Sequence record: JF974286.1
Direction: 5' to 3' (one strand)
DNA: 32,000 nt
Origin: Prochlorococcus phage MED4-184
In this document: piece after piece, positions 8,786-15,817 of the stretch
How the letters are laid out: every line of letters starts with the position of its first letter
How positions within the stretch are numbered: the first letter of the stretch is position 1
Made by a program: the position numbers and the translations under genes
Notes under the pieces: generated by a model
What the model saw: only the letters and a program-made list of their open reading frames with translations
The model's database searches: none
What the model was told of the DNA's origin: nothing

Positions 8786-9593
8786 AGTTGTTACCAAGCC
8801 AGTAGGGTTTGCCGAGAGTCTGGATTCCATGGGGTTCGGTGTCGGTATATCCGAGCCATTTTCCAGACGTAGTTGCTTCAGATATTTTAAGAAGCGCTTG
8901 TTCTTGGAGTTCATAACCTATGTCGAGAAATTCGTTATCTAATTCGTAGACACCTATGTTGTAGGGGAATACTTTTTCTATTACTACAAAGACAAATCTT
9001 TTACAATTTGTACCTTGTAAGTAGTGTGCTGCTTGAAGGTGGTAGTTCAGATTCGTTACTGTTTTTGTAAACATTTCTGGCGATGCCCCACCCTCTCCTG
9101 TGGTCTTAAGATCAACCACTAAATCGTTATGAATTTTGTCACAACGACATTTGCAATCAAGGCCGCTTGCCTCATGTGACCACCAGAAACTTTGTTCTGA
9201 TTGGCCTTTATCTAACAGGTCATAAGCTGTTGAATTAGCCATTATTGCTGACATCATATTGTCAGCTAATGCAGCATCTTGTGGTGTAATTACTGTTATG
9301 CCTTTTTTCTCGTATTCGAGAGCTTGTTCTTTGCCTTTTTTAGTGCGCTTATCTTCTACAACTCTGAATCTTGCTGTAAAATCATCAGGCTCTAAACACA
9401 TAGCATGAAAGAAAGTGCCAAACTTCATAGCGGGTGTTGGAAGTTTAGGCGGTGCCAGTTCATTAAACTTTGAGTGCCATAAGGCTCTAGCATTTTGCTT
9501 AGTGATAATTTTTAGGTCACTAGCGCTGAATGCAGGGTCTGCCTGATAGCTTGCAAAGTCAACTGATAATGGTTCGATTTCTGAAGTAATCAT
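8778..9593 (-). CDS. RecE-like PDDEXK exonuclease (DUF3799-type)
   Basis: 'FSASDLKIITKQNARALWHSKF', 'MKFGTFFHAMCLEPDDF', 'CKCRCDKIHNDLVVDLKTT', 'YHLQAAHYLQG' match the phage PDDEXK exonuclease layout. Confidence 0.75.
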   Translation of the reverse strand: MITSEIEPLSVDFASYQADPAFSASDLKIITKQNARALWHSKFNELAPPKLPTPAMKFGTFFHAMCLEPDDFTARFRVVEDKRTKKGKEQALEYEKKGITVITPQDAALADNMMSAIMANSTAYDLLDKGQSEQSFWWSHEASGLDCKCRCDKIHNDLVVDLKTTGEGGASPEMFTKTVTNLNYHLQAAHYLQGTNCKRFVFVVIEKVFPYNIGVYELDNEFLDIGYELQEQALLKISEATTSGKWLGYTDTEPHGIQTLGKPYWLGNNYD

Positions 9594-9601
9594 TGTTATA
9601 A

Positions 9602-9745
9602 TTAATTTGACCGCTTAGTACGGTTCTTGGGGTTTAAACTGGTATGGGAGTAAAAAGGGTCTCCTCTGCCAGTTTTTTTTATGGTCAGCAACAAATTTGT
9701 ATATGCTGCTACGACCAACAGAGTAAGACAGATAGAGTTATACAC
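9602..9745 (-). CDS. Small membrane protein (47 aa), GTG start, not in ORF track
   Basis: Manual translation: (V/M)YNSICLTLLVVAAYTNLLLTIKKTGRGDPFYSHTSLNPKNRTKRSN*; the GTG overlaps the end of the upstream 131 aa gene. Confidence 0.4.
   Translation of the reverse strand: MYNSICLTLLVVAAYTNLLLTIKKTGRGDPFYSHTSLNPKNRTKRSN
9636..9680 (+). terminator. Intrinsic terminator-like hairpin on the + strand, antisense to the leftward operon
   Basis: AAACTGG (9636-9642) pairs with CCAGTTT (9669-9675), inner GGAG/CTCC (9647-9650/9661-9664), followed by a T-run ending at 9680. Confidence 0.4.
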
Positions 9746-10133
9746 CTGTTTTCTCTGCCTCTATAATGTCTCTTAATTTTTGTGTAATAGCTCTCATTTC
9801 TTTGTAGACTTTTGAAGTTCTATCTTCCAAAGCCAATAGCTTTACAGGATTCCTTTCTCTGACTTCTGCAACAATTAGTTGTTTGTACTCTTTATCTAAC
9901 TCTGTATATCTATCTTCTAACTCTTTTGTTTTTGCCCCTAGTGTCATTCCATAATACTTGAAATTTACAGCAGTTTTTTCAATAGGAACTTCTACAACAA
10001 GTTCTACTTCTTTTTGATGTTTAGGTTCAAACATCAGTTGTCTTAAATTTCTGATTTGAAAAGGACAAGCCTCTAACCATTCTTGTAGTTCTAGATTTAA
10101 AAAATCTAATGATTGACCATTCTGCATAGTCAT
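9738..10133 (-). CDS. Hypothetical early protein (131 aa)
   Basis: Charged and coiled-coil-like; ATGA-type overlap with the 155 aa gene. Confidence 0.65.
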   Translation of the reverse strand: MTMQNGQSLDFLNLELQEWLEACPFQIRNLRQLMFEPKHQKEVELVVEVPIEKTAVNFKYYGMTLGAKTKELEDRYTELDKEYKQLIVAEVRERNPVKLLALEDRTSKVYKEMRAITQKLRDIIEAEKTGV

Positions 10134-10597
10134 AGTTCTACCTCCTTAGTAGTTTGTTGATCTTTGTAAAATTGTTCTCTGAACTGTTTTTGTAGTTCAT
10201 CTTCTAAAGTTCCTAGACAGCCATTAATTAGCTGTATATCTTCAGAAAGTTTGTGAATTTGTTTTCCTAGGTTTGCAATAACTAATGAACAACCAAGCTG
10301 TCCATCAAAAATTACATCTAGTGAATTGCTCCAATCGTCGTTCCAACAATCTGAGCATTGGCCTGTAATTTCTGATAAGACCTCATCAGCTGACTCTCCA
10401 GCTGGCTCGTATTGGACTTTCTCCATAACAGCAGTTTTTGCTAAATACAAGCCGTGCATTTTTTCGATGTTTTCACGAGCTGATTGTTTTAATGTATCTA
10501 TCCTTTTCCAGCTCAAAGTTCTTTTTTCTCTGAGCTTAGTTACCTCAGGGTCAGCGCTGACATAGTCGCGCATTTTTTTGTAATCAAAATCAGCCAT
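10130..10597 (-). CDS. Hypothetical early protein (155 aa), coiled-coil-like
   Basis: Intact ORF, overlapping operon neighbours, internal CSDCWNDDW. Confidence 0.65.
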   Translation of the reverse strand: MADFDYKKMRDYVSADPEVTKLREKRTLSWKRIDTLKQSARENIEKMHGLYLAKTAVMEKVQYEPAGESADEVLSEITGQCSDCWNDDWSNSLDVIFDGQLGCSLVIANLGKQIHKLSEDIQLINGCLGTLEDELQKQFREQFYKDQQTTKEVEL

Positions 10598-10811
10598 TAA
10601 AAGTGTCCTCCAATTTTTTTTCAGTTAAGTGAGCGTCAATAGCTCTAGAACAAGCATTTTGCGCGTCTTCTTGTGATAGTTCAGTATCCATTAGCATGAC
10701 GCATAGCATCTGGCCAACTTCTTGTTGATGCTGAAATGTGGGTGCAGCGAACAAAACATAGAAGCCTTGAAAAAGCATTTCTTTTTTGTCCTTAGTTGGT
10801 GTGAGTTTCAT
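10590..10811 (-). CDS. Hypothetical protein (73 aa)
   Basis: Intact ORF with overlapping neighbours. Confidence 0.55.
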   Translation of the reverse strand: MKLTPTKDKKEMLFQGFYVLFAAPTFQHQQEVGQMLCVMLMDTELSQEDAQNACSRAIDAHLTEKKLEDTFNG

Positions 10812-10939
10812 CTGGCGATCTCCTCACAAGCAGCGACAATACCAGAGTTACAATCTGCTACTGTCATGTCGTATAAAGTGCCAGATAGGGTCGTATAGAA
10901 CAACCCTGACATAGCGATCATTAGAAATAAATTTCTCAT
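10808..10939 (-). CDS. Tiny exported or membrane protein (43 aa), not in ORF track
   Basis: Manual translation: MRNLFLMIAMSGLFYTTLSGTLYDMTVADCNSGIVAACEEIAR*; ATGA-type overlaps on both sides. Confidence 0.55.
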   Translation of the reverse strand: MRNLFLMIAMSGLFYTTLSGTLYDMTVADCNSGIVAACEEIAR

Positions 10940-11175
10940 TTGTGTGCCTCAATAAATTTGCCAAACTGGTCTAGTAATGATTGTGGAACTATCGCAGCTT
11001 TTTCAGTATTTCTCTTGCCACCAAAAAATTCATTAATCTGGCGGGTAGTGGTTTTGCTGTGCCATTTGCCAGTAACTTGATTGTTACCATCGTGTCTTTT
11101 TACAGCAACGAAAGTATCGTAGGACTTTAAGATAGTGCCATTCTCAAATGGTATCTCTTTGACATTCTTAGACAT
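10936..11175 (-). CDS. Hypothetical protein (79 aa)
   Basis: MSKNVKEIPFENGTILKSYDTFVAVKRHDGNNQVTGKWHSKTTTRQINEFF...; internal start preferred over 11199 because of overlap with the upstream gene. Confidence 0.6.
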   Translation of the reverse strand: MSKNVKEIPFENGTILKSYDTFVAVKRHDGNNQVTGKWHSKTTTRQINEFFGGKRNTEKAAIVPQSLLDQFGKFIEAHK

Positions 11176-11380
11176 CACTAGACCTCTTTGAATCGTCAAT
11201 TACTAGAATAGTAGCTTCTTGACATCTTTGTAAAAGGTCACGAAGTGTACCAGCATAGCTAAAAGGATCAGCCATAGCTAACTCTTCTGCATCATCTGGT
11301 AGTTCTCTAATGCCTTGCTCTAAAAGCATTTCTAAATTTTCAGCTTGTTCTCTGTTGAGGCTGATTAAAATGTTTTCCAT
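11168..11380 (-). CDS. Hypothetical protein (70 aa), first gene of the leftward operon
   Basis: MENILISLNREQAENLEMLLEQGIRELPDDAEELAM...; faces the divergent control region. Confidence 0.6.
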   Translation of the reverse strand: MENILISLNREQAENLEMLLEQGIRELPDDAEELAMADPFSYAGTLRDLLQRCQEATILVIDDSKRSSDV

Positions 11381-11583
11381 AAAAAACTGGCGAGATAAAA
11401 AAGCGGGTACTTACCGCCCTCTCATTATGACGCATCAATACAACTATGTAAACCCATTTGATTAGAAAGTTACAATATCTGAATATTTCACAGGTTTACT
11501 GATGTTTAGTGTTGCGGTTTTACTATTAATGGTTCATAATTAATTCATAGCCTGAAGAGGCTGCCCTTTACATTTTCTCGCAA
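11381..11583. promoter_or_regulatory. Divergent intergenic control region between leftward and rightward early genes
   Basis: About 200 bp AT-rich non-coding gap with genes transcribed away on both sides; includes AGCCT-gaag-AGGCT (11549-11562) and GCGG/CCGC (11402-11416) inverted repeats. Confidence 0.6.
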
Positions 11584-12588
11584 ATGACTTTTAAACTACC
11601 GACTGAGCTTGCTGAACACTTAGAGCAAGAGATACACACAAAGCTTGTTAAAGCTGTTGAAGATCAAGCTAAAGGCTTCAATGAAATGTGGGCTGAAAGA
11701 GAAGCCAAAGGCGAAAAGTACCACATTACTTGGGAACTAAATTACAGAGGCCAAACTGTTGAAAGGCCAAGAGTCTGGAGAGAGGAGGCTATGGCAGGCT
11801 TCATCTTTATTGAGTTTGCAATGACAGAGCCTGAGTACGAAGGTCAAAGAGTCGTTACTGATTACCTTAGACCAATGAGTTGCACAGTTGATTATGAAGG
11901 TTGCAAGCGTAATGCTAAGTTTCAAGCTAAAAAAAGTATCGGTCTTTTTGAAAGCAGAATTAATGGTCATCTTGCAGTTACTGACAAGATTACAGAAATG
12001 AAGCTTAGACTTGGCAATCAAAATTTAATTCATGGTTTCGTTACTGGTGCTACTAAAGATGCTGAAGAGTTCAAGATTCACACTCAGATGATTTGGAACT
12101 ACCGCTACGGAGCAAATTCTGCTAATGGTTACTTAACACAGTATGTACAGTTCAGAAGTGACAGACGCGGTGCTAGACAAGAAGGTAAAACAGTTCTTCA
12201 AAGACTTACTGAAGAAGAAAAGCAAGCTAAAGCAGATGCTAAGAAAGCTGAAGCTATTGCTAAGAATGAGGCTAAATGGGAAAGATTCAGAGTTTTACCT
12301 GACCAGATTGATAGATGGGCTACTAGAGAGATCAAGAAGCATGAAAAGATGCTTACTGAAGCTGGTATCGAGAAAGCTAAAGATCAGTTCTTTAGTCACT
12401 ACTACAACGAAGGTAGAGAGTTTGACGTTGAGCATCACAAAAGATGGGTTACTGAGGACTTAGAGGTATTCAAGATGTACAAAGAAAAGGTACAAAAGTT
12501 TCTTAATAATGAGCCAGCAGTTAGAGAGGTCTTTGGTCTTGAGTGCAACACTAGAGATGATTTCAAATATGTTGTCAGAAAAAGCTGA
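11584..12588 (+). CDS. Large charged early protein of unknown function (334 aa)
   Basis: Long ORF starting MTFKLPTELAEHLEQEIHTKLVKAVEDQ; Lys/Glu/Ala-rich C-terminal half; first rightward gene after the control region. Confidence 0.75.
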   Translation: MTFKLPTELAEHLEQEIHTKLVKAVEDQAKGFNEMWAEREAKGEKYHITWELNYRGQTVERPRVWREEAMAGFIFIEFAMTEPEYEGQRVVTDYLRPMSCTVDYEGCKRNAKFQAKKSIGLFESRINGHLAVTDKITEMKLRLGNQNLIHGFVTGATKDAEEFKIHTQMIWNYRYGANSANGYLTQYVQFRSDRRGARQEGKTVLQRLTEEEKQAKADAKKAEAIAKNEAKWERFRVLPDQIDRWATREIKKHEKMLTEAGIEKAKDQFFSHYYNEGREFDVEHHKRWVTEDLEVFKMYKEKVQKFLNNEPAVREVFGLECNTRDDFKYVVRKS

Positions 12589-12794
12589 TGGACTCAGATA
12601 GGATTTATTTTCGTGCGGCCTCTAACAAAGATTATGAGGCCATACACCTTTTAGCTATTGAGTTTGGTGTCTCAGCTTCGCAAATATGTAGATTTGCAAT
12701 GAGTGAATGGCTAAGAGAAAACTTTAAAAAACAAATTGAACTTGCACAACTTACACAAAAATTAGGAGAAGATTATGCAAAAGAAAATGACTAA
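12588..12794 (+). CDS. Small protein, possibly ribbon-helix-helix type
   Basis: 'NKDYEAIHLLAIEFGVSASQICRFAMSEWLRENFKK'. Confidence 0.5.
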   Translation: MDSDRIYFRAASNKDYEAIHLLAIEFGVSASQICRFAMSEWLRENFKKQIELAQLTQKLGEDYAKEND

Positions 12795-12966
12795 AGCAGA
12801 AGCTGTAAAAAATTTCAGACAATTATGGAAAGACCATTTAAAAGGCTCACGTCTCTATTACGACACTATTGCTAAAAGAGAAGCATTTAACGACTACACA
12901 GATACACTTTGTAAACAAGGTCTAATCACACTAAAACAATACGAAAACTGGGGGCAGCCTTTCTAA
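12787..12966 (+). CDS. Small hypothetical protein (59 aa)
   Basis: MTKAEAVKNFRQLWKDHLKGSRLYYDTIAKREAFNDYTDTLCKQGLIT...; start at 12787 preferred to 12775. Confidence 0.55.
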   Translation: MTKAEAVKNFRQLWKDHLKGSRLYYDTIAKREAFNDYTDTLCKQGLITLKQYENWGQPF

Positions 12967-13106
12967 TGAAATTAAAACAACATCAATATAATCTCATCAA
13001 ATATGCTCTAAACAGAGTGATGATTAATTTACATCCTGATGAAAAAAAAATTGCTACTGACCTACTACTTAAATTATCAAAACAAATTAAAAAAAATGAA
13101 ACTTAA
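12966..13106 (+). CDS. Small hypothetical protein (46 aa), not in ORF track
   Basis: Manual translation: MKLKQHQYNLIKYALNRVMINLHPDEKKIATDLLLKLSKQIKKNET*; overlaps neighbours. Confidence 0.5.
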   Translation: MKLKQHQYNLIKYALNRVMINLHPDEKKIATDLLLKLSKQIKKNET

Positions 13107-13380
13107 CGAAAAAGAACAACGATTCCTAAGAATGTTTCCACCGCGTATGAAACAGCTTGATAATCAAATTAGGCTAGTCCAAAACTGTTCTAGAAAAGAT
13201 GGCTATGAGTGGGACTTTACAGACACAGTTCCTACTTTCTTTATTGTAGTTTTTCATAACCTGACATTATGTGCTAAGAAGTTTGGCTTAGATGTTGATG
13301 TAAGGATTGAAGGGCGCGATATTGAAGAGGTCTATGAAGACGCCAATGACAAATTTCAAGATAGTTTAAATGTCGACTGA
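13096..13380 (+). CDS. Hypothetical protein (94 aa)
   Basis: MKLNEKEQRFLRMFPPRMKQLDNQIRLVQNCSRKDGYEWDFTDTVPTF...; start at 13096 preferred to 13039. Confidence 0.55.
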   Translation: MKLNEKEQRFLRMFPPRMKQLDNQIRLVQNCSRKDGYEWDFTDTVPTFFIVVFHNLTLCAKKFGLDVDVRIEGRDIEEVYEDANDKFQDSLNVD

Positions 13381-13582
13381 ACAATCATTATCATTTGAGG
13401 CAAAGATGCATTTTTGCTATCTAGAGCTTCAAAAGTGGAAACACTATTTATGTCATCAAAGATCTATCGAAGAGGTGGAAACAGCGCTTGCTGCTACCAC
13501 TTCTTTGCTACAAGAAATAAAAGAACTAGAGGACAAAATTTACAATGAAAACATACCTGAATACGATGATCCGTTAATTTAG
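13370..13582 (+). CDS. Hypothetical helical protein (70 aa)
   Basis: Intact ORF overlapping the previous gene. Confidence 0.55.
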   Translation: MSTEQSLSFEAKMHFCYLELQKWKHYLCHQRSIEEVETALAATTSLLQEIKELEDKIYNENIPEYDDPLI

Positions 13583-13634
13583 GTGTATGATCGGCTTGTA
13601 AGAAGTTACATTCTCTCGCTATCCAAACGTATAG

Positions 13635-13799
13635 ATGAACATTTTCATGTATCTCAGAGCGGAAGATGGCGCAGCTCTAAGGGATTTTCTAAAAAAGAAC
13701 CCAAGTGTAAAAGGAATCGAGAGAGAAAAAGAATATTTAGATGCTGGATTGATCGCGCGGGTTTGCTACTCTTTGGAAGTAGAACTAAACAAAATGTAG
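13635..13799 (+). CDS. Small hypothetical protein (54 aa), not in ORF track
   Basis: Manual translation: MNIFMYLRAEDGAALRDFLKKNPSVKGIEREKEYLDAGLIARVCYSLEVELNKM*; more protein-like than the overlapping listed ORF 13583..13831. Confidence 0.55.
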   Translation: MNIFMYLRAEDGAALRDFLKKNPSVKGIEREKEYLDAGLIARVCYSLEVELNKM

Positions 13800-13914
13800 T
13801 CGGGGAGCCTGATGACCTATTGCAAAGCTAGGTCTGAAAGTCAAGGAAAATTGTAGTACACGCAGCTACAAAAGACAGGGAGGTCTACGCGAGGTGGCTT
13901 ACTCATCCCCCGAC
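13799..13914 (+). ncRNA. Candidate structured RNA: closing stem with three internal hairpins
   Basis: GTCGGGG (13799-13805) pairs with CCCCGAC (13908-13914); AGCC (13806-13809) with GGCT (13896-13899); hairpins GACCTA/TAGGTC (13814-13834), TTGTAG/CTACAA (13851-13871), AGAC/GTCT (13873-13886). The strand is not certain. Confidence 0.45.
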
Positions 13915-14348
13915 CCTTTACAAATTGTTTGTATTGTAATCATTGAATGTGGTTTGATGGTATATTTTTTATCACAATAATATTTTTGGGCTTGCAAACT
14001 TACCACTTGCGAATCGTCAGCAATCGCTGATAATGTGAGAGCATCTAATGTACTACGACATAGTTTGTCTATATCTCCTTTGTTCCTTGTAGTAGGATAT
14101 TTAGGCGCTGATTGCTTTAGCTCTCCCTTTGCGTTTAAATGAGATTTCGGTCTATGAAACCAGAAAACTAGATCAATATGTACTGGTTCTTCGATTAGTT
14201 CCCCAACAACTTTATTTGCTTCTACCCTGACAGCGTCTCTCCATGACTTTACCCTTTTGCATGATTCAATCATTATTCCTCGGCCAATGTGCCTTTTACT
14301 GCCCTGTGGTGCAGCTTCAATACCTTCAACAGTAATTACATATTTCAT
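13899..14348 (-). CDS. rusA: RusA-like Holliday junction resolvase
   Basis: 'VFWFHRPKSHLN', 'YPTTRNKGDIDKLCRSTLDALTLSAIADDSQVVSLQAQKYYC' match the RusA catalytic region. Confidence 0.85.
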   Translation of the reverse strand: MKYVITVEGIEAAPQGSKRHIGRGIMIESCKRVKSWRDAVRVEANKVVGELIEEPVHIDLVFWFHRPKSHLNAKGELKQSAPKYPTTRNKGDIDKLCRSTLDALTLSAIADDSQVVSLQAQKYYCDKKYTIKPHSMITIQTICKGSGDE

Positions 14349-14353
14349 AAAAA

Positions 14354-15121
14354 ATGAGTTTCATACCAGAAAATACTCCTTTCGTATCTTTGCCCACTGC
14401 CTTAAAAGGAAGAATCAGCCCACACCAGTTAGCGGTGTTATGGGTCTTGCAAAGCTACTACCCGAATATATGGCCTAGTTATAGCACCATTTCTAAAGAC
14501 GCGGGTATGTGTAGAACAAAGGTAATTCATACAGTTGAACAATTAGTTTCTCTTGGCTGGTTACAAAAAATAAACAGAGTTGATGAAAATGGCAAAAAGA
14601 CTAATGCTTATAAAGTTACAGTTTGGCACGAATGCAGAGTTCCAGCACCTCAACAAGCCAGTAGTGAACCGACGTCTATCTCAGCAACCAGTACACCAGA
14701 TGAACTAGGGCGGTGTATCTCAGCAACTAGGGGTGGTTCACCAGATGAACTTAAACTAAAACAAGTTAAACTAAAACAAAAAACTAAAAAGAATAAATAT
14801 ACAAAAGATTTTGAAAATTTTTGGAAAATGTACACGGAAATGAACTGTGATAAATGTGTAAGCCAATCTAAAAAACCAGCATTTGAAGCTTGGCAAAAAT
14901 TAGATAAAGAAACTAAAGAAAAATTACCAGATTGTTTACAAGCAGATATTGATGCAAGAATAAAGAAAATTAGAAAGGCTGAATGGGTACCACAATTCCC
15001 AGATTGTCACAGATGGATTAGCAAAGGACAATATGAACAGTTTTTAGAGTTGCGAAAGCGCCAAACTAAGTCAAGATTGAATCCTATGCTTGCAAACAAA
15101 CCAAGTAATCAACCCTTTTAA
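14354..15121 (+). CDS. Phage replication-initiation-like protein with N-terminal helix-turn-helix
   Basis: 'ISPHQLAVLWVLQSYYPNIWPSYSTISKDAGMCRTKVIHTVEQLVSLGWLQKINR' is an HTH_36-type winged helix; the rest is a DnaD/O-like layout. Confidence 0.6.
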   Translation: MSFIPENTPFVSLPTALKGRISPHQLAVLWVLQSYYPNIWPSYSTISKDAGMCRTKVIHTVEQLVSLGWLQKINRVDENGKKTNAYKVTVWHECRVPAPQQASSEPTSISATSTPDELGRCISATRGGSPDELKLKQVKLKQKTKKNKYTKDFENFWKMYTEMNCDKCVSQSKKPAFEAWQKLDKETKEKLPDCLQADIDARIKKIRKAEWVPQFPDCHRWISKGQYEQFLELRKRQTKSRLNPMLANKPSNQPF

Positions 15122-15125
15122 AACA

Positions 15126-15599
15126 ATGCAAAACTATAAACGATCTGCAATAGATCGAGATATTACTTTCAGACCACCAGTTCACAACTGCTACGCTTGC
15201 AATGATACTGGAATAGTTAATAACTCAGATGGATTAATTAACAATTACCTACCAGATTATGACATAACAGAATCTGGAAAAAAAGTAGCAGGCAGTGATT
15301 TAGCCATTATTTGTTATTGCGAAGCCGTCTACCCTAAATATAATGATGAGGCGCAATTAACTGCACATGGTTTCAGAAATGGTGATGGTAATATTAGAAA
15401 TAACGTAGGTATTGATGTAGATAAAGATATAATTAGAGAGCTACATAATATAAGAAAAAAAGCTTGGAAAGAGACAGCCACACTAATGAGTCGATTAATC
15501 CAAAAAAACTTAAAAAGCAAAAAAACAGAATTACCCGCAGAAATGCAACAAGTTAAAGATCAATTAGCAAATTTTACTATTAAATCGTTAAATAGCTGA
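15126..15599 (+). CDS. Hypothetical protein with a Cys-rich putative Zn site
   Basis: 'HNCYACNDTGIVNN ... LAIICYCEAVYP'; 157 aa from ATG 15126, downstream of the replication-like gene. Confidence 0.55.
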   Translation: MQNYKRSAIDRDITFRPPVHNCYACNDTGIVNNSDGLINNYLPDYDITESGKKVAGSDLAIICYCEAVYPKYNDEAQLTAHGFRNGDGNIRNNVGIDVDKDIIRELHNIRKKAWKETATLMSRLIQKNLKSKKTELPAEMQQVKDQLANFTIKSLNS

Positions 15600-15661
15600 T
15601 TTTACTCCTTTCAGATTGCTCTGTAAGAGCCTTGTAATTTTGTCCCTATACGTTTCTACCC

Positions 15662-15817
15662 TTGAAAAAACCTAAAGATTACATCGTCTATGACCCATTA
15701 CAAAAATGCAACTATAGAATCCTAAACGGCAAGCGGCTATGGTTACAGCCAAGACCTAAAGAAGTGTACCTGTCTAAAAAAGAGCTAAAGTGTGGTCAGT
15801 TACCAATCTCGCTATGA
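15662..15817 (+). CDS. Small hypothetical protein (51 aa), TTG start, not in ORF track
   Basis: Manual translation: (M)KKPKDYIVYDPLQKCNYRILNGKRLWLQPRPKEVYLSKKELKCGQLPISL*; the stop overlaps the ParB-like start (ATGA). Confidence 0.45.
   Translation: MKKPKDYIVYDPLQKCNYRILNGKRLWLQPRPKEVYLSKKELKCGQLPISL

Noticed and set aside
13583-13831. 82 aa ORF in the supplied track
   Set aside because: Composition looks out-of-frame and a better protein-like frame (13635-13799) overlaps it.
13809-13843. CTGATGA ... GAAAGTC, reminiscent of a hammerhead ribozyme core
   Set aside because: Three extra nucleotides (TCT) lie between the potential stem II and GAAA, and I could not find a stem III partner or a UH cleavage site in a consistent type I, II or III topology.
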